From positions 63,364,001 to 63,428,000 of the forward strand of contig OZ336885.1 in NCBI GenBank assembly GCA_965287045.1: a stretch of 64,000 nucleotides of DNA. The letters are read 5' to 3'. Made by a program: the position numbers and the translations under genes. The notes under the pieces are model-generated. The model saw only the letters and a list, made by a program, of their open reading frames with translations. It was not told the DNA's origin and did not search any database. Shown piece by piece: positions 63,672 through 64,000 of this stretch. Origin of the DNA: Carcharhinus amblyrhynchos. Its lineage: Eukaryota. Position 1 is the stretch's first letter; each line of letters opens with the position of its first letter.

Positions 63672-64000
63672 CTGATGGTTGTTAATTCTCCTTCAATTAG
63701 ATGCCATGAAGATCAATGTGTTTTTCATGCCTTTACAGAGAAAATCAAATCACGTATAAAAAAAACTGTGTTATGCAGTGTTGAAATCACATTGTGTGTA
63801 AATCATACATCAGAAAAAATAAAACTTCTGCAATAAATTGCGATGCTCGTAATTCACAGCATGTGATACATGCTTTCGATAAATCAATGCAAGTCTGCAC
63901 CAGTTCTCAATGAGAAGACCGCCCATATTATTTCACTTTTCATGTTCTTATAGCTTGCGCGCAGCAGTTGTGGACGACAACGGCCTTCGATTGTTTCGTG

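Noticed and set aside
1-64000. CRISPR arrays, rRNA/tRNA genes, operons or prokaryotic defence systems
   Set aside because: None seen. The sequence is vertebrate, the RT motifs belong to LINEs, and the tRNA-like heads belong to SINEs.

Overview
Vertebrate genomic DNA, almost certainly from an elasmobranch: HE1-type SINEs, CR1/HER1-type LINEs and Harbinger remnants, with SINE subtypes resembling those of carcharhiniform sharks (inference from recalled consensus sequences). About half the window is transposable-element debris: many CR1 fragments, one near-full-length frameshifted RTE, a Rex1/Babar-like fragment, an old L2/CR1-group LINE, Harbinger/PIF remnants and SINEs. The only supplied ORFs I can assign to a known family are TE-derived. 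The main signal is missed by the ORF track. On the minus strand, more than 20 microexons of 15, 27, 36, 39 or 48 nt are spread from 54 to 63671, each with AG/GT ends, a length divisible by 3 and an open phase-1 frame. Twenty-two of them splice by hand into a stop-free 675-nt frame encoding an E/K/L-rich coiled-coil-like repeat protein that appears to run off both window edges. The architecture resembles butyrophilin/chicken BG/TSBP1 heptad microexon tails, but no Ig, transmembrane or B30.2 exon is visible, so identity is unproven. Secondary findings: damaged exon slots, a twice-seen CR1+spacer+SINE chimera with a conserved splice acceptor, a 26-bp hairpin, and apparent lack of CpG depletion. 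All analysis is by eye, and repeat boundaries are approximate.
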